Shown here: piece by piece, positions 1 through 13,149 of the stretch
Position numbering within the stretch: the first letter of the stretch is position 1
Layout: every line of letters starts with the position of its first letter
From: Lama glama
Taxonomy: Eukaryota
NCBI GenBank assembly: GCA_028534125.1
Contig: CM052817.1
Location: 21,206,001 to 21,270,000 of the forward strand
Reading direction: 5' to 3'
DNA: 64,000 nt
The notes under the pieces: generated by a model
What the model was told of the DNA's origin: nothing
What the model saw: the letters and a program-made list of their open reading frames with translations, nothing else
The model's database searches: none
Made by a program: the position numbers and the translations under genes

Positions 1-139
1 AAGAACTTTGAAAATTGCTAATTATACAAGTTAACAAATAGGTATCTACTCGTTTATACTACAATCTATAAAATATGTTATATTTTAATTTCTTTCTGTA
101 AATGCATTGTGAATCCCAATGAAGAACCTGGAACCTGGT

Positions 140-385
140 GCATACCTGTCTTCCTCATCTACTAATGAAAATTCCATACTAAGAAAGCATTAGTCTCCTC
201 TTTACATTCCCGTAGTGAAGTTTTTTTTTTAACTGTGTCTTGCACAAACCTCATATTTTTCCTGGCAATTTATATTATACTTTTGATATTTTTAGTTTAT
301 GCAATCGCCACGTGGCTTGTCTGCTTTGGTGATTATATCCCCAGTGCTTATTACAATGCCTATAACACAGCAGGCATTCAGAGGT
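140..385 (+). mobile_element. L2 LINE 3' fragment (ancient)
   Basis: 'gtctgctttggtgattatatccccagtgcttattacaatgcctataacacagcaggcattca' resembles the L2 3' terminus; boundaries approximate. Confidence 0.55.
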
Positions 386-808
386 GGTTTACAGGTTAAC
401 TTGCTGGCTCTACCCTCCTTTTGTTATAATTTCACATTCTTTGTTTTTTCTTTTTCCCCAGGCTGGGAAGGAAATGACTTGTTCTTACATCTATGCAGAA
501 TTCATACATATGAATATATATTATCATATATGTATATACAATACATATGTAATTATATGTGTGTATATATATATATTTTTCAAATTTAAAATCAGGATAA
601 ATAAGTATGAGGATACTAATTTATGCAATATTGCATGTTCAGTAAGTGGCTGAGCCATTAACATAATCTAGTCAGTCAATGCATCCTACCACATCATGGT
701 CACAGATGTCCTATGCCTGACCATTTTCTTTTAAACTATGTTTAATCATGACAAAACCAATAATCAAGGTCCTGTAAGAGTGCATTCTCTGCCTGTAACT
801 TGATACAT

Positions 809-880
809 ACACACACACACACACACACAGATATCTATCTATCCATCTACCTATCTACCTACTTACCTATTTATTTATCT
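809..880. repeat. Compound microsatellite: (AC)n followed by degenerate (ATCT/ACCT)n
   Basis: Directly visible. Confidence 0.9.
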
Positions 881-1330
881 AACAAATGTATACCATATTA
901 TTTTTGCCAAACCATGTGTTCTAGTTGTGAAGTGTACAAATGGAATCAAATTGTTTGCAGAACACTCCTTGAGGCTTACATTTTTGCAAAAAATCTTGGC
1001 AACAAGCAAGTTTAAAATGTTATAGAACATGAAAAAACAACACAGTGTTTCTTGAGAGAGAATATTGATTGGCAGTTCTGTCAGTAGCTATTTTAGATAA
1101 GGTGGTAAAAATGTCATTCTCAGGAAGTGAAATTTAAACAGAGACATAAAGATGAAGAATGAGCCATCAATGATGGGGAAAAAAATGATGAAAGGTGGAA
1201 AAAAATTGAGGCAAATGAAACAAATAGACCATGTAAATTATAAGACTATAATATTCTAGAAAATCTCAAAAGGCTAGTCTGTCCAATACATATCAGTAAG
1301 TAGCAGTGTTGCAAGAAATTATGTTTGGCC
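880..1330 (-). mobile_element. L2 LINE fragment
   Basis: 'gaggcttacatt' and 'ctcaggaagtgaaatttaaacagagacataaagatgaagaatgagccatc' resemble antisense L2. Confidence 0.55.
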
Positions 1331-1344
1331 ACTATATATTTGGA

Positions 1345-4255
1345 AATCTGTCTAATCTCATTAGCAATTAGAAAAATGTATATTAAAAACAAAATGAAAT
1401 AATTTGCATTCAGAAAATTGTCTACATTTTAAAATAAGGCTATATAATGTCAAGTTTTCATGAGATGAGCAGCGATCTTATACAATGTTGGTTTGAACAG
1501 ACATCTGTTGCAAGCTCTTTGGTAAACTACTTGGGATTATGTGCGTACTCTAATGCAGTAATTCCACTAAGGGATGTATACCCTAGAGAAACACCTAACA
1601 AGAGAGCCTTAAGACATATCAAGAATGTTTAACAGAATGTGGCCTAAGACACACCCCAGAACATTATTTAGCAGATAGTGTAATTAGCACAAATTTTCAT
1701 TCACAGGAGAAACATAAATATATCTTGGTCTCTTAGGGCATTGGAATATTATAAAGTTTAGTAAAAGACCACCGTAATTTTAAACTAAAAAGTAAACTTC
1801 AGAAAATATCAAGAAACTAGAAATAAATCTATGAAATGGTGTGCCAGAATGATACACTACAAACTATAAAACACTGCCACAATAAGTTAAGTAAGCTATA
1901 AATAAATGGAAATGTTTCCTGTTTTCATGGATGGAAAGATTAAATATTGCTCAATGTCAATTCTCCACAAATTGGTTTATAGAATGGATGTAATCTCAAT
2001 CAAATCCTAGTAGATCCCAAAATTCATAGAAAATTTTTTTAAAAATCTGAAATTTTGCATAACAGGAAATTTGGAGAAACGATCTTGCACTTTTAAATTT
2101 TGTATAAATCTAGACCAAATAATACATAGCACTACTGGCACAAACATATAAGGATAAGAGAACAGAATAATGTCCAGAAATAACCTGCTTACACCTATAT
2201 TATTAATTCATTTAAGACAATTTTGCCACTGCAATTTAGTGGAGGAAGTAGTTTTTAAAATAAATTATGCTGAAATAATTAGATATCTGTATGGAAAGCC
2301 AATTAATTTGACCCCTACTTCACACCACATGCATAAATAATAGCAGTCACTTATGAAATAATCAGAAGACATAACAAAAAAAGAAGGTCTCAGGTATAAT
2401 AATGCATGCAAAAATACGCTTTAGTAAATGCAACTGGAAATGTACAGGGCTACTGGAAACTATTTTTTTTTAATTGGAAGGGAAAAATAGAATTCAACAA
2501 ATGAAAAGACATACTCCATTTTGGATTTGAGGTCTCAAAGTATTAGAGAGTTCAATTCTTTTTTAATTTATGATATGTTTAATGCAAATGTGATTTTTAA
2601 AATTCCAAGAGTTTTTGAGTGAGAAAAAAATGATTCCAAAAATGATGTAGAAAAGCATGTAAGAATAGTTTTTAAAAATTCTTAAAAAAAGGAGAGCAAT
2701 GAGAATATATTAATGCTACCAGATTTTTAAAAATGTAAGTTCATTCTATTAAACTAATGTGATACAGGTATGGATAAAACAGACAAAAATAAAACAAAGC
2801 AGAAAATGCAAACCATGGAAAACATACACGAGGGAAATTAGTTTAAGTGTGCACTCTCAGTCAGGAAGGAAAAGACGGATGATTTAATACATTTGATAGA
2901 AATAACTGGATAGCCAGTTGTGAAAGAAGAAAGGAAGAAAGGATGGGAGGGAAAAAGAAGGCTCTATCTTACTCTGTTATTCAGGATAAATTTTAAACTA
3001 TATAAAAAATTTTAAAAATATATAAAAACATGTAGAACAAAACCTTTGTTATCACGAGTAGGAAAAGCTCTTCTAATTATGAATCAAAATACAGAAGATA
3101 AAAGAGATGGATAAATTCAAAAACATAAAATCACAATTACAACAAAAGCAACTAAAACTCAATCCAATTAAGAAAAATTCTTAAACATATGAATAGACAA
3201 TTCAAAGAAGAAAATATATGGTTGTCACTAATATTAAGCTAATGACACTTTAGTATCATCAACACAGGGAAAGAGTTTCATATGCTTTTTGATGTGTCCC
3301 CAATCCCCCATCTCCTTTGAAAACACATAAAAGACTTTTCTTGCGAACATACGATAAAAATCAATTGAAAAACGAAACAATCATCCAAAAGAAACATGTG
3401 CAAAGAATATCCACAGATATTTCAGAGAAAACCTACAAATTTTGCTGATCTTCTCATTAGAAAAAGTTCTCAGCTTCAATCATAATAAAATTAAGTAAAT
3501 TAAAATTATAGGGCAATACTATTTTCCAGTTATAAAATTGGCAAAAATTAAAAGCTTTGAAGCTCTAAAGATAGACTACTTGGCAATAGCTATTAATATT
3601 TCAAATGTAGGGAAAGTTTGACTGAGCAAGTCCACTTATAGAAAATTTTTGTTTTGAAATATTCATACAGGAACAAAATGCCATAAGCACACATTATACT
3701 TACAGCATTATTTTCTGAATATGGAAGCAGCTTCAATGTCCTTCAGTAGATTAATAGTTAAATAAATTATGCTTATTTATTTGTAAGCAAAATTGAGTAA
3801 AATATGCTTCTCTAAAATCAATGAGAATAGGGACCTCTATGTTGTGATAATTAACTAATATAATTCCCAGACAAATAGATCTAGGGAGAAAATTATATAA
3901 TCAATCTTTGTAGATGACTCAAATCCTGTCAAAATAATGTAAGACCTCTTCTTAATTAAATACATTTGTATAAACATTTGGATAAAAATTAAATAAAAGC
4001 AAAAGCATACCCGACACCAGAGTAGTTCCAATGTTTGAGATCTGGTTTTTTTTTTTTTAATTTTTTTTGTTTTTGTATACTTTATTACAGATAAAACAAT
4101 CTTGCTTGACAAACTAACAGGAAAGACAAAGAAAACAGGAGAGGATTCTTAAATACCAAAGAGGTCAATAAGCCTTTAAAACTAACTCACAAAGGAAAGG
4201 CAATAGAATAAAAATAAATAAATAAATACACACAAAACCAATCACTTCAATTACA
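1345..4255 (+). mobile_element. Cluster of old, heavily decayed L1 ORF2/3' fragments (L1M/L1ME-like)
   Basis: A-rich, with L1 ORF2 motifs such as 'aaactataaaacactg...aataaatggaaatgtttcctgttttcatggatggaaagattaaatattg' (~1861-1950), 'ttgacccctacttcacaccacatgca' and 'tatgaatagacaattcaaagaagaaa'. Confidence 0.75.
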
Positions 4256-4268
4256 TTTAAATAAATAG

Positions 4269-4759
4269 TCTGAAAATGAAAAATACTGCCTGCTATATCA
4301 GTAAATAAAAGATGCTTCAGCCATCATTGGCCACTTCCTGCCCCTGACAGTAGGCTGAGGGGAAATCAGGATGGAGACAAACAGGTAGCCCTGCCTCCCT
4401 CACCTGCAATGGTGCACCCTCAGGGAACTCTCAGGATGGGAAAGAACAGGATACTGGTCCTAGGTAGCTAGGTGCATATCAAAGGAATAATTTCAGTGAG
4501 CCCAGAATTTTGCACCTTCCCATATAGAAAAGAGCTAAATCCTTTAACTTGAGATGTCTAGTTTTCTTTAATTAACAGTAATCTTTTGATGTTCCAGACT
4601 ACCTGGCCTTTGTTGCAAAACCTTCTACATGTCCTGGCTCTTCCTTGCCTGTTTGGAGCAGATGTGGGAGAGGCTGCATTCCTGGGCTGAGGTCCTCAGA
4701 AACATCCACTGAATAAAACACAACTCTCAACTTTTAGATTGTGCAGTTTTTTAGTAACA
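4269..4759 (+). mobile_element. ERV1-class solo LTR (491 bp)
   Basis: Sharp GC-richer block starting TC (mutated TG) and ending ...GTAACA; AATAAA at ~4712; 4-bp TSD ATAG at 4265-4268 and 4760-4763. Confidence 0.85.
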
Positions 4760-4763
4760 ATAG

Positions 4764-6110
4764 AAATAGTTTCATGACAAAACTTCATTGAAAAAATAGA
4801 AAAATAAAATGGGATTAATATTTGTAACATGTATCAAAGAAAAGGACTAATCATAAAATATAAAGAACTTTTCAAATTAAGATAACAAAATTTAAAAAAT
4901 TGAAAATAAATAAAAAAGCATAAACCTAAACAAATAGTTTATAGAAAAAGATAGATATAATGAGTTAAAATATTCAATCACTCTCATAATGAGTATAAAT
5001 TTTACTGCACTGAGATACGACTATCAAATGAATTAAAATGAAAATGTTTAATAATTTTAAAACATGAAAACATCTTACATATTTAAATAAAAATCGCATT
5101 CAAACATTGAAATCAATCTGAAACAATTCAACATAATTTTATATTATAATTAGTAGAATAAAGCATACTAGAAAAAATTAATGGAAGTGTTTTATATTAA
5201 CTTGACTATATTAAAATAATTTTTTGTGTAGCAAGTAAAACATCAATAAGGTAAAAAGGGCAAGCCACAGCCCAGGAAGCAATACTCAAAACACAGATCA
5301 TCAAAAACCAACCCTATCAAAAAATAGCCAGAAAGACAATGTGTAGAAGAACAACTCTGAATAACAAGTAAATATACGGGGAAAAAACCCTTGAAGTTAG
5401 CCAAAATTTACAAAGATATTAATTCACAATCATTTTACTGCCAAAAGATGTAAATTTCCCAAATGTAAAGTATCACCAACAAGAAACCTCATATGACAAT
5501 GATGTGTTGGTATAATAGTTAAAATATTTGGAGAAAAGTTGGAAAATATTTAGTAAATTTTAAGGTACACTCTAAGTTTGTTTTGAAGTACACAAACGTG
5601 GCAATACATTGTAGAATGGTTTATCAAGAGTGTAAGAGTGGCAAAAACTTAGTGTTTATCAGTAGGAATACGAATGTAAAAATTTTGGATACTCATATAT
5701 TAGAATACAATACAAGATGGATTAGAATAAACTAAGCAGATCTATGGGTATTGACATAAAAGTATCTTACAATATGCTATTGTATAAAAAGAGGAAGGTG
5801 AATGATACAGGGAGTGTAATATATTTGTGTAAGTTTAAAAATAAAAATATAAAAGCTATTTACAGACATGGAACTATAATAACTCTTAAAAACGATGGGC
5901 CACAAAAATAACCACTGCCTTCTAGTGAGAGAAGTAGAACCATTAGATAATGGAGTCAGCTAGGGGTATCATGAGGATAAAAGGCTATCCTTAGCCTTTT
6001 ATTTATTTTAACCCATCTTAAAGAAGCATAGCAACATATTAACATTTTAACGTCTGGTTCCTATATGCATCTGTGTTTGATACTTTACTTTATGCTATTT
6101 TTAAAACTAA
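4764..6110 (+). mobile_element. Old L1 3' fragments (cluster continues after the LTR)
   Basis: 'atatttgtaacatgtatcaaagaaaaggactaatc', 'tgtttatcagtaggaatacgaatgtaaaattttggatactcatatattagaatac'. Confidence 0.65.
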
Positions 6111-7269
6111 TAAAAATAACTCTGAAGTTTCATACAGGTTTCTGGGAAGATTGCTAAGTGCTTTATGGAGATGTTTTTATAGAACAGCCCCACTAAACCT
6201 AAAGGGTGAATCTCTGATTAATTATTAAAGCAAAAAAACCTGACAAACGTAATGAATTTTAAATATTTAATGGTACCGTGCAATTTTGTTACCTTGTGGT
6301 TCCAAGCTCTTTGATGAGTTGTGAAAACTGCTTCTTGTACTGATATCAAAGACTCAGTTATTTTTAAATGATGATATTCTTGATCTGTAAATTTTTTTTA
6401 TCCTCTTTAAATCATTTTAGGCCTAAAATATCCTTATGAAAAACAGTGTAAATCTTCATTCTGAATTTTTTTTAAGTAACTCATTTGTCTTTTTCTAGCT
6501 TTCTAAATATGACTGCAATTTAATAACCCTCATTTGATTTTCTTTTATTGTTTTCTTAGGTCATTCTAAGTGATGGATTGAGACTTTCCAGATAATACAT
6601 GCAATTTAAAGCATACACATTTGAAAAAAAAGTTTATATTAAATAATCATAGTCTAGAGTTAATGTGTAATATTTTAACCTGTGATTCTAAGGTTATCTT
6701 TAGTTTATAGAATTAAGTATTTTCTTCTCTACCATAATAATTAGATGTATATAGAAAATTATCTATGTCATACAGAATAGTGATGGCATTCATTATACAG
6801 AAATATTTAGAAAAAATATTGTTCAAAAAATAGTCTCAAGTTACCATTCAAGTAACAACTGTTCAAGTAATAGAATGTTTGGTAGATATTTTAAAAAGTG
6901 TGATAAGTACTATTTTATTCATTTTCTGGTAATGAAGAATAACATATTAAAGATGACTTCTTCATGTTACAATTCATTATTTGTATAGTGATTTTATTAT
7001 GTTCCAGTCAGGTTTTAGAAAATTGCCTAAGTCTTTAGGTTAACATATATTACAATTTTTTTTCTGTTTAAGACTGAAAAACAAAACCTCCCAATTGCAT
7101 TTTTTTGTGTGTAGAACATCTATCTTCAAGATAGGATACAAAATGCTTGTTTATTTATTTAGGTTCATTTTCCAGGACACTCCATCATTTTTATTTCATC
7201 TGGATTCAATTTATGTGTTGAAAACAGATTTTGTAGGCAATTTTTGTTTGTAGTAATTTTTTAGCTAGT

Positions 7270-7990
7270 TGTTACAGAGACTTCCAGCTGCTCCCTGAAA
7301 CCCACACTGGTGTTTTTTTTTTTATATATAATGAGCAATGTTACATTTCTCTCTCTTTTCTGTTATTTGTTGCTGAATTCTAGCCAATGTGATACAGGAA
7401 AATGGGACATAAGAAGATGGCCATGTCCCAGGTCCCAGGTGAGTCCCTTGGGACACACCCTGTCAAGCGAGGGTCCATGGCTTCATGCAGGAAGGAATTC
7501 AAGAGTGAGCCACAGTTGAGTAAAAGTAGATCTATTCAGAGAGATGCACTGCATAGACCGAGTGTAACCTCAAAAGGCCAGCGGGGCCACGAGGTGTGGA
7601 GTTGTTAGTTCTTAAGGGCTTGGTTACTTCATATACTAACAAGTGGGAGGATTATTCCAACTACTTGGGGGAGGGGCTGGGATTCCCATGAATTGGGCTG
7701 AAACCCTCTTTTTGACCTTTGATGGTTAGCCTTGGAAACTGTCATGGTGCCTGTAGGAGTGCCATTTCCCATGCTAATATATTACACTGAGCAAGCATAT
7801 AATGAAGCTCAAGGTCTACTGGAAGTCAAATCTCCCACCATGTTGGGCCTTAAGGTCAATTGGGAGTTGAATTTTCCATCATCTTGTTGCTAACTGCTGT
7901 GTCATTCTTTTAATGGCTGTGCCCTGCCTCCCCCTTCCTACCTGTCTCAAATAGATTGTGGGTAGAAGTGACACTATTCCATAACAACTT
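7270..7990 (+). mobile_element. MLT1 (ERVL-MaLR) LTR 5' remnant, interrupted by the LTR at 7390-7949
   Basis: Joining the flanks gives 'gaattctagccaat|agattgtgggtagaagtga', like the MLT1 motif 'gttctggccaatgagatgt..gcagaagtga'; starts TGTTACAGAGAC. Confidence 0.5.
7390..7949 (-). mobile_element. ERV1-class solo LTR (560 bp)
   Basis: Termini TGATACAGG...CCTGTCTCA form an imperfect inverted repeat; flanks AATG/AATA (4-bp TSD, 1 mismatch); 'ggcttcatgcaggaaggaattcaagagtgagcca' is typical of antisense ERV1 LTRs. Confidence 0.8.
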
Positions 7991-9879
7991 TCAATACCCA
8001 TTTACCGTGCCTTTTTCACCTCTTGTCAATGGCTGGAGATATAAATCCCAGAAGAAACCTTAGTGTAAACTTTAAACATTTTATACTGTGGAAAGCATGA
8101 CTAACTAATACATGTATTTTGCAACTTAATTTCAAGGGTCTTGTGGGGGAAATTTTTAAAAATAAGACACACACATAAACACATACATCCAATTTTCCAG
8201 TCATTCATTATAGAAGATTTGAGGAATGTTTACTTTCATCTACCACAAAAATGTTTTTTCAGAAACACTGGGGATTTAGTAATTATAATCACTAAGGTGT
8301 TTTAAGACGTAGCACCTGACCTGTTGTGAAGGGTATGTTGATATATTTAAGCCATGTCATAAGACTTCTGCTTTACATATATAAAGACCACTGTATGTAT
8401 ATATATATATGAGGAGGATCCACTGACATATATATTTGGGAAGTGGGTCCTCCAACTCATATGTCTTTTATTGTGTGGTGATTCTGGCTTCATTGCTGTA
8501 ATCAACTTGAGGCACTTTTATTCTGTTATCCAGCTAGAGTGGATGAGTGGATCTTCAGGTCATATCTAACTCCTTATGAACCTAAAACCCAAAAAACCAC
8601 AGCTTCAACACCACTTACCATTATGCATAATTTATTCTAGGAAATGGTTTTGTGCATGCCAATGTGTTAGTACTAAATTTAAAGAGTTCTTTTACCTGTC
8701 ATTGCTATAGTTTTGTCACTGGGTGTATAACAGAGGTGGCAAGGCACAAATCATGATTTCTCATACCATCTGGATCACAAATATAACATGTATTTATTGC
8801 AGTTAGGCATTTCCATGGCTCACCTTTCACTTAGATATGAATATCTTAATTAAAACTAACAATGAAACCTAGTTGCACTACAGAGTAAATCCAATTGCTG
8901 TATTGAAATGAAATATTTAAGGTCTTTCTTTTGATTATATTTCGCTAATTAAATCAAATGCAATACAGTGTAGATGTTCTGTTACAAAATACCACATTGT
9001 TCAGCAGATGTAAAAACTCCTTCTTTTCAAGGTCCTTGAAAACTACAATCAAGGCATCATTTGGATAATGACTTAAGAGCAACAGGGCTACTAATCATAT
9101 CTATTTTATATGTATCCAATCACTGCAAAAATAACTGTATAATTTGGTGTGCAGAATCCAAATAGCAGTTCATGGTATGGTAATAGTCATTTTAATCTTT
9201 GATGTTTAATCAGATGTTTATAGGAATATAGTCATTTCATGTTTTTATTGTTTATATGGATATGTAATTTCTTCTTATTTTTACTCATTCCTGATCTTCT
9301 GTTAAGCATACTTAATAGTCACTGCTGAAATTCCTTTCCATTGTATGGATTACATTATATGCTTTAGGCACAAAGAAAGAGAAAATAATGGATCTTTCAA
9401 ATAATTATGCTTCTTGTCTCCAATGAATGTAAGATAATTGCATTAAGAAAGAGAAACAAAATGTTATGCTTTTAGCAACAGGAAATGGTTATCATTGTCC
9501 AACAAAGAATAAAATAAGCTGTGTAGATAAAGACTCTGCCTTGATCCAACATAAATCATACACAACTAACACATTTATCCTAAACGTCTTTGAGAATGGA
9601 TAATGGATTCCTTGTTTGATTGAAGTGCTGGAAAAAGGTTAAGCTGTATTGCAGTAAAAGCATCAAAAATAAGAGTCTTTTGTTAAGAACACAAATTGTG
9701 TTTAACTTCTCTTAGTCAAAACATATATGTAATGGCCATGGGATAGATCTAAGGAAAATACTTATTTACAAATAAGACATGGATTAATTAGGTAGTGATT
9801 GATTACATGTACACACACTTTTATTTGTATGTGTAAATATTTTTAAAAAGGTTGTAGGAAAAACTTATTTATCTACACA

Positions 9880-10090
9880 AATATTTCCATACACATATTT
9901 TCCATAAGGCATTGAGCTAATTTATGCACATGTGTTATTTTAAATTTCTTATTACAATCCCATAAAGACAGGCCAACATAATTTTACAAATGGAGAGCCC
10001 ATGATTTAAGTGGGTTAAGTAACATACTCAAACTGACTAGCTCATACATGGCAAAGCAAGGAATCAAGTTAAGACTGTCTGACCATCCAG
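9880..10090 (-). mobile_element. MIR SINE
   Basis: 'attttacaaatggagagcccatgatttaagtgggttaagtaacatactcaa' resembles the antisense MIR core. Confidence 0.65.
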
Positions 10091-10403
10091 TCAAAGCTTG
10101 TGAACACTTATGTGTTATGTAGAAGTCAGATTATAATCCAGGAACAGATGCAAGCTTTCATAAGTGTTTACCACATAAAAGAAGTTGTGTCCTCTCAAGA
10201 TTTGTTATAGTGCAGTAGCAAGTTGCTGTGATAAATGATATGATTCTCTTTATATGTATATTGTCAAATAAAAATGTGTAAATGTTTGAAATAATCTCAT
10301 TCATGAAAGCAATTTCTCCCTATTAACATTTCTTAAGCCTGTATTTTATAAATGACTTATTCAAAAGATATTTTCACATAGTATCACAGATTCACTTACA
10401 TTC

Positions 10404-10968
10404 TTTTTTTTTTTACTTTTTTAAATTGAAGTATAGTCAATTTACAATGTTGTGTCAATTTCTGGTGTACAGCACAATGTTTCAGTCATACATGAATATA
10501 CGTATATTCATTTTCATATTTTTTCACCATAAGCTACTATAAGATACCAAATACAGTTCCCTGTGCTACACAGTAGAAACTTGTTTATCTATTTTATATA
10601 TACCAGTAAGTATCTACAAATCTCAAACTCCCAATTTATCCTTTCCTACCCCTTTCCCACCTGGTAACCATAGTCTATGAATCTGTTTCTGTTTCATAAA
10701 TAAGTTAATTTGTCTTTTTTATTTAGATTCCACATATGAGTGATATCATATGGTATTTTTCTTTCTCTTTCTGGCTTACTTCACTTAGAATGACATTCTC
10801 CAGGTCCATCCGTGTTGCTGCAAATGGCATCATTTTGTTCTTTTGATGGCTGAGTAGTATTTAATTGTATAAATATACCACAACTTCTTTATCCAGTTAT
10901 CTGGATGGGCATTTAGGTTGTTTCCATGTCTTGGCTATTGTAAATAGTGTTGCTGTGAACATTGGGGT
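10404..10968 (-). mobile_element. 5'-truncated lineage-specific L1 (ORF2 end, 3'UTR, polyA)
   Basis: Poly-T, then 'ttgaagtatagtcaatttacaatgttgtgtcaatttctggtgtacagc'; ORF track piece '[15 protein letters not shown]' is the typical antisense L1 reading; possible TSD ACATTCT/ATATTCT. Confidence 0.92.
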
Positions 10969-11159
10969 ATATTCTAATTTAATGTTGATTTCAATTCTTC
11001 ATAACAAAATTTCAATCAATGATAGTGTATCTATTTACTATGCTTTCCTATAATGGACACTCACTATATTACAATATTGCTACAAAAAGACACTTTACTG
11101 AATCTTTAAAAATAAGCAACAAATTAATACTGATTACATATAATTGGTATTTGCACACT

Positions 11160-11480
11160 TCTTCTATTCAACAGATATTTACTTATCTTCCGCATGCCTC
11201 ACAGTATCTTCCATATCAGGTATATGGTCTTGAACTAAACAAAAGCCCCGATTCTTATAAAGTGGACATTTGGGACTGGAATGGGAAAGAGAAAAGTTTC
11301 AGATGATTAAAAAATGGACAAAACAATATTTCATGTGCTAATAAGCGAAAAAAATAGAGCATGGTAAGGAGTAAAGATGGCAATGAGGCATTCTATTTAC
11401 ACATAGAGTTCAAAAAAAGAGAAAACCTCTGTTACAAGGTGATATTTGAGAATAACGTAACATGATGTAAAATCAATCCT
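11160..11480 (-). mobile_element. L2 fragment
   Basis: 'tattcaacagatatttact' and 'aggtgatatttgag' are antisense L2 3' motifs. Confidence 0.5.
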
Positions 11481-11740
11481 GAAAGACTTAAATGTACAAG
11501 GGGGGTAAGAAAATAATCGAAGACGATTCATTTTCTATTGTTAAATCTTTCCTCAATTCTTGAAGATTGAATGGCTCATACAATTTAAAAGTCACATATT
11601 TCATTTCTAAAACAAGATCTGATAGTGATGTGAGCAGAATAGGCATATTCCCTCCTTTACTGTCTTACCACAGGGAAGATCTTTGTCAGTAAATCAAAGA
11701 ACCAAATTTTGGAGATACGCAAAATAAGAGGTGATTTCTC

Positions 11741-11958
11741 CCGACACAGAAAAGAAACTTATAGTTACCAGAGGGGAGGGAGATAGGAGGATAAATTGGG
11801 GTTCAGGATTTGCAGACACTAACTACTATATATAAAATAGATAAACAACAGTGTCCTACTGTAAAGCACAAGGAACTATGCTACACAGTAATGACCTATA
11901 ATGAAAAAAACATAAAAAGGAGCATATATATATATCAATCAAAAAATTTAAAAAATAA
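11741..11958 (+). mobile_element. Short L1 3'UTR insertion with internal deletions
   Basis: Homologous to 21850-22184 and 30896-31294; TSD GTGATTTCTC at 11731-11740 and 11959-11968. Confidence 0.88.
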
Positions 11959-13149
11959 GTGATTTCTCAAAAGAAATATCACATTAAAAATGTGATATTT
12001 TTGGATTTTCCCCTTTAATATATTGTACTCTGTTTAAAGGTATAAAAAAAACTAGAAAATGTTTAAATCTTTTATTAATAGATGTCTCTAGGATTTGGCA
12101 CAGTAATTTGTGGCCTATGATATATTATTCCATTGTTTCCCAAACAATAAGATTCAGTTATGATTTGGAAGGGCCAGAGGAATGATGTTTAACTTTATTT
12201 CCAGTAGATAAACTAAATATACCAAGAACTCCGAAGTCTTTATAGTGTAAAATAAAGGTAGTCTTGTAATTTATAGTGATCTTTCTTATAGAAATCCATT
12301 AGGAATAAAACTAATGCTTTTATTAAATTTTTTACTCATTTTGACTAAATATGCAATAATTCTCTGAAATAAAAAGGAAAATGCTGTATGATAAATGTAA
12401 CAGGTACTGGCATTTTGACATCAAAGACTATCTATCCCCCCATTAGGATTTGCCAGGAAACCCCAGAGCTATCTTAAGTCATTGAAGATTCTTTTCCCAT
12501 TCTCTGTGATTTCTGATAGCGAGATTTTTTTAAAGTAGGATATCCCTAGAAAAACTTTCATAAACTTAATAAAGTTCCATCCAGAATTTTGGAGTTGGTT
12601 CTAGTGCTTTAGGTCAAACTCACAGAGTTGTAATATTATCTGAAAATGTGTGAAGATTTGAGTAAGCATAATTAGCAATGCTGCTAAGATCTAAGCAACT
12701 TAAACCATCTGTCTATTATCAAGTGCTTTGATGCACTGTCAGTGCGCTGGATGGGAGTATGAGCAAAGACTGGCTCAATCAGATCAGACATTTTACAATA
12801 TGCTTGTTTTATTGGAGTTGTTAGAAACGCAACACACATATTTATTCAATGAATGTAACATGTATTTTGTGAGCAATTACCACAGGCAGATAGCAATGCA
12901 CCCTGTGAAACATTCCCAAAGAAATATAAGATAAGGTCACTAATGGGCAGCTCTGAATTACACATGCTGAATACTTTAGTGTATGAACATGCATTTTGAA
13001 CTTCAGAAACAATGTACTTTCAAATATTTGAAAGTTGTTTGAAATATTTGAAATTTGTTGCCACTTTCCACAACTTTATCATAAATAATGATCAATTTAA
13101 AAATAATTTTATATTTGTATGTGCCATCTAAAACTCAGATTTCATTCCA

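Noticed and set aside
6530..6600. Strong acceptor ttttattgttttcttag at 6559
   Set aside because: No matching donor or credible reading frame downstream; T-rich background
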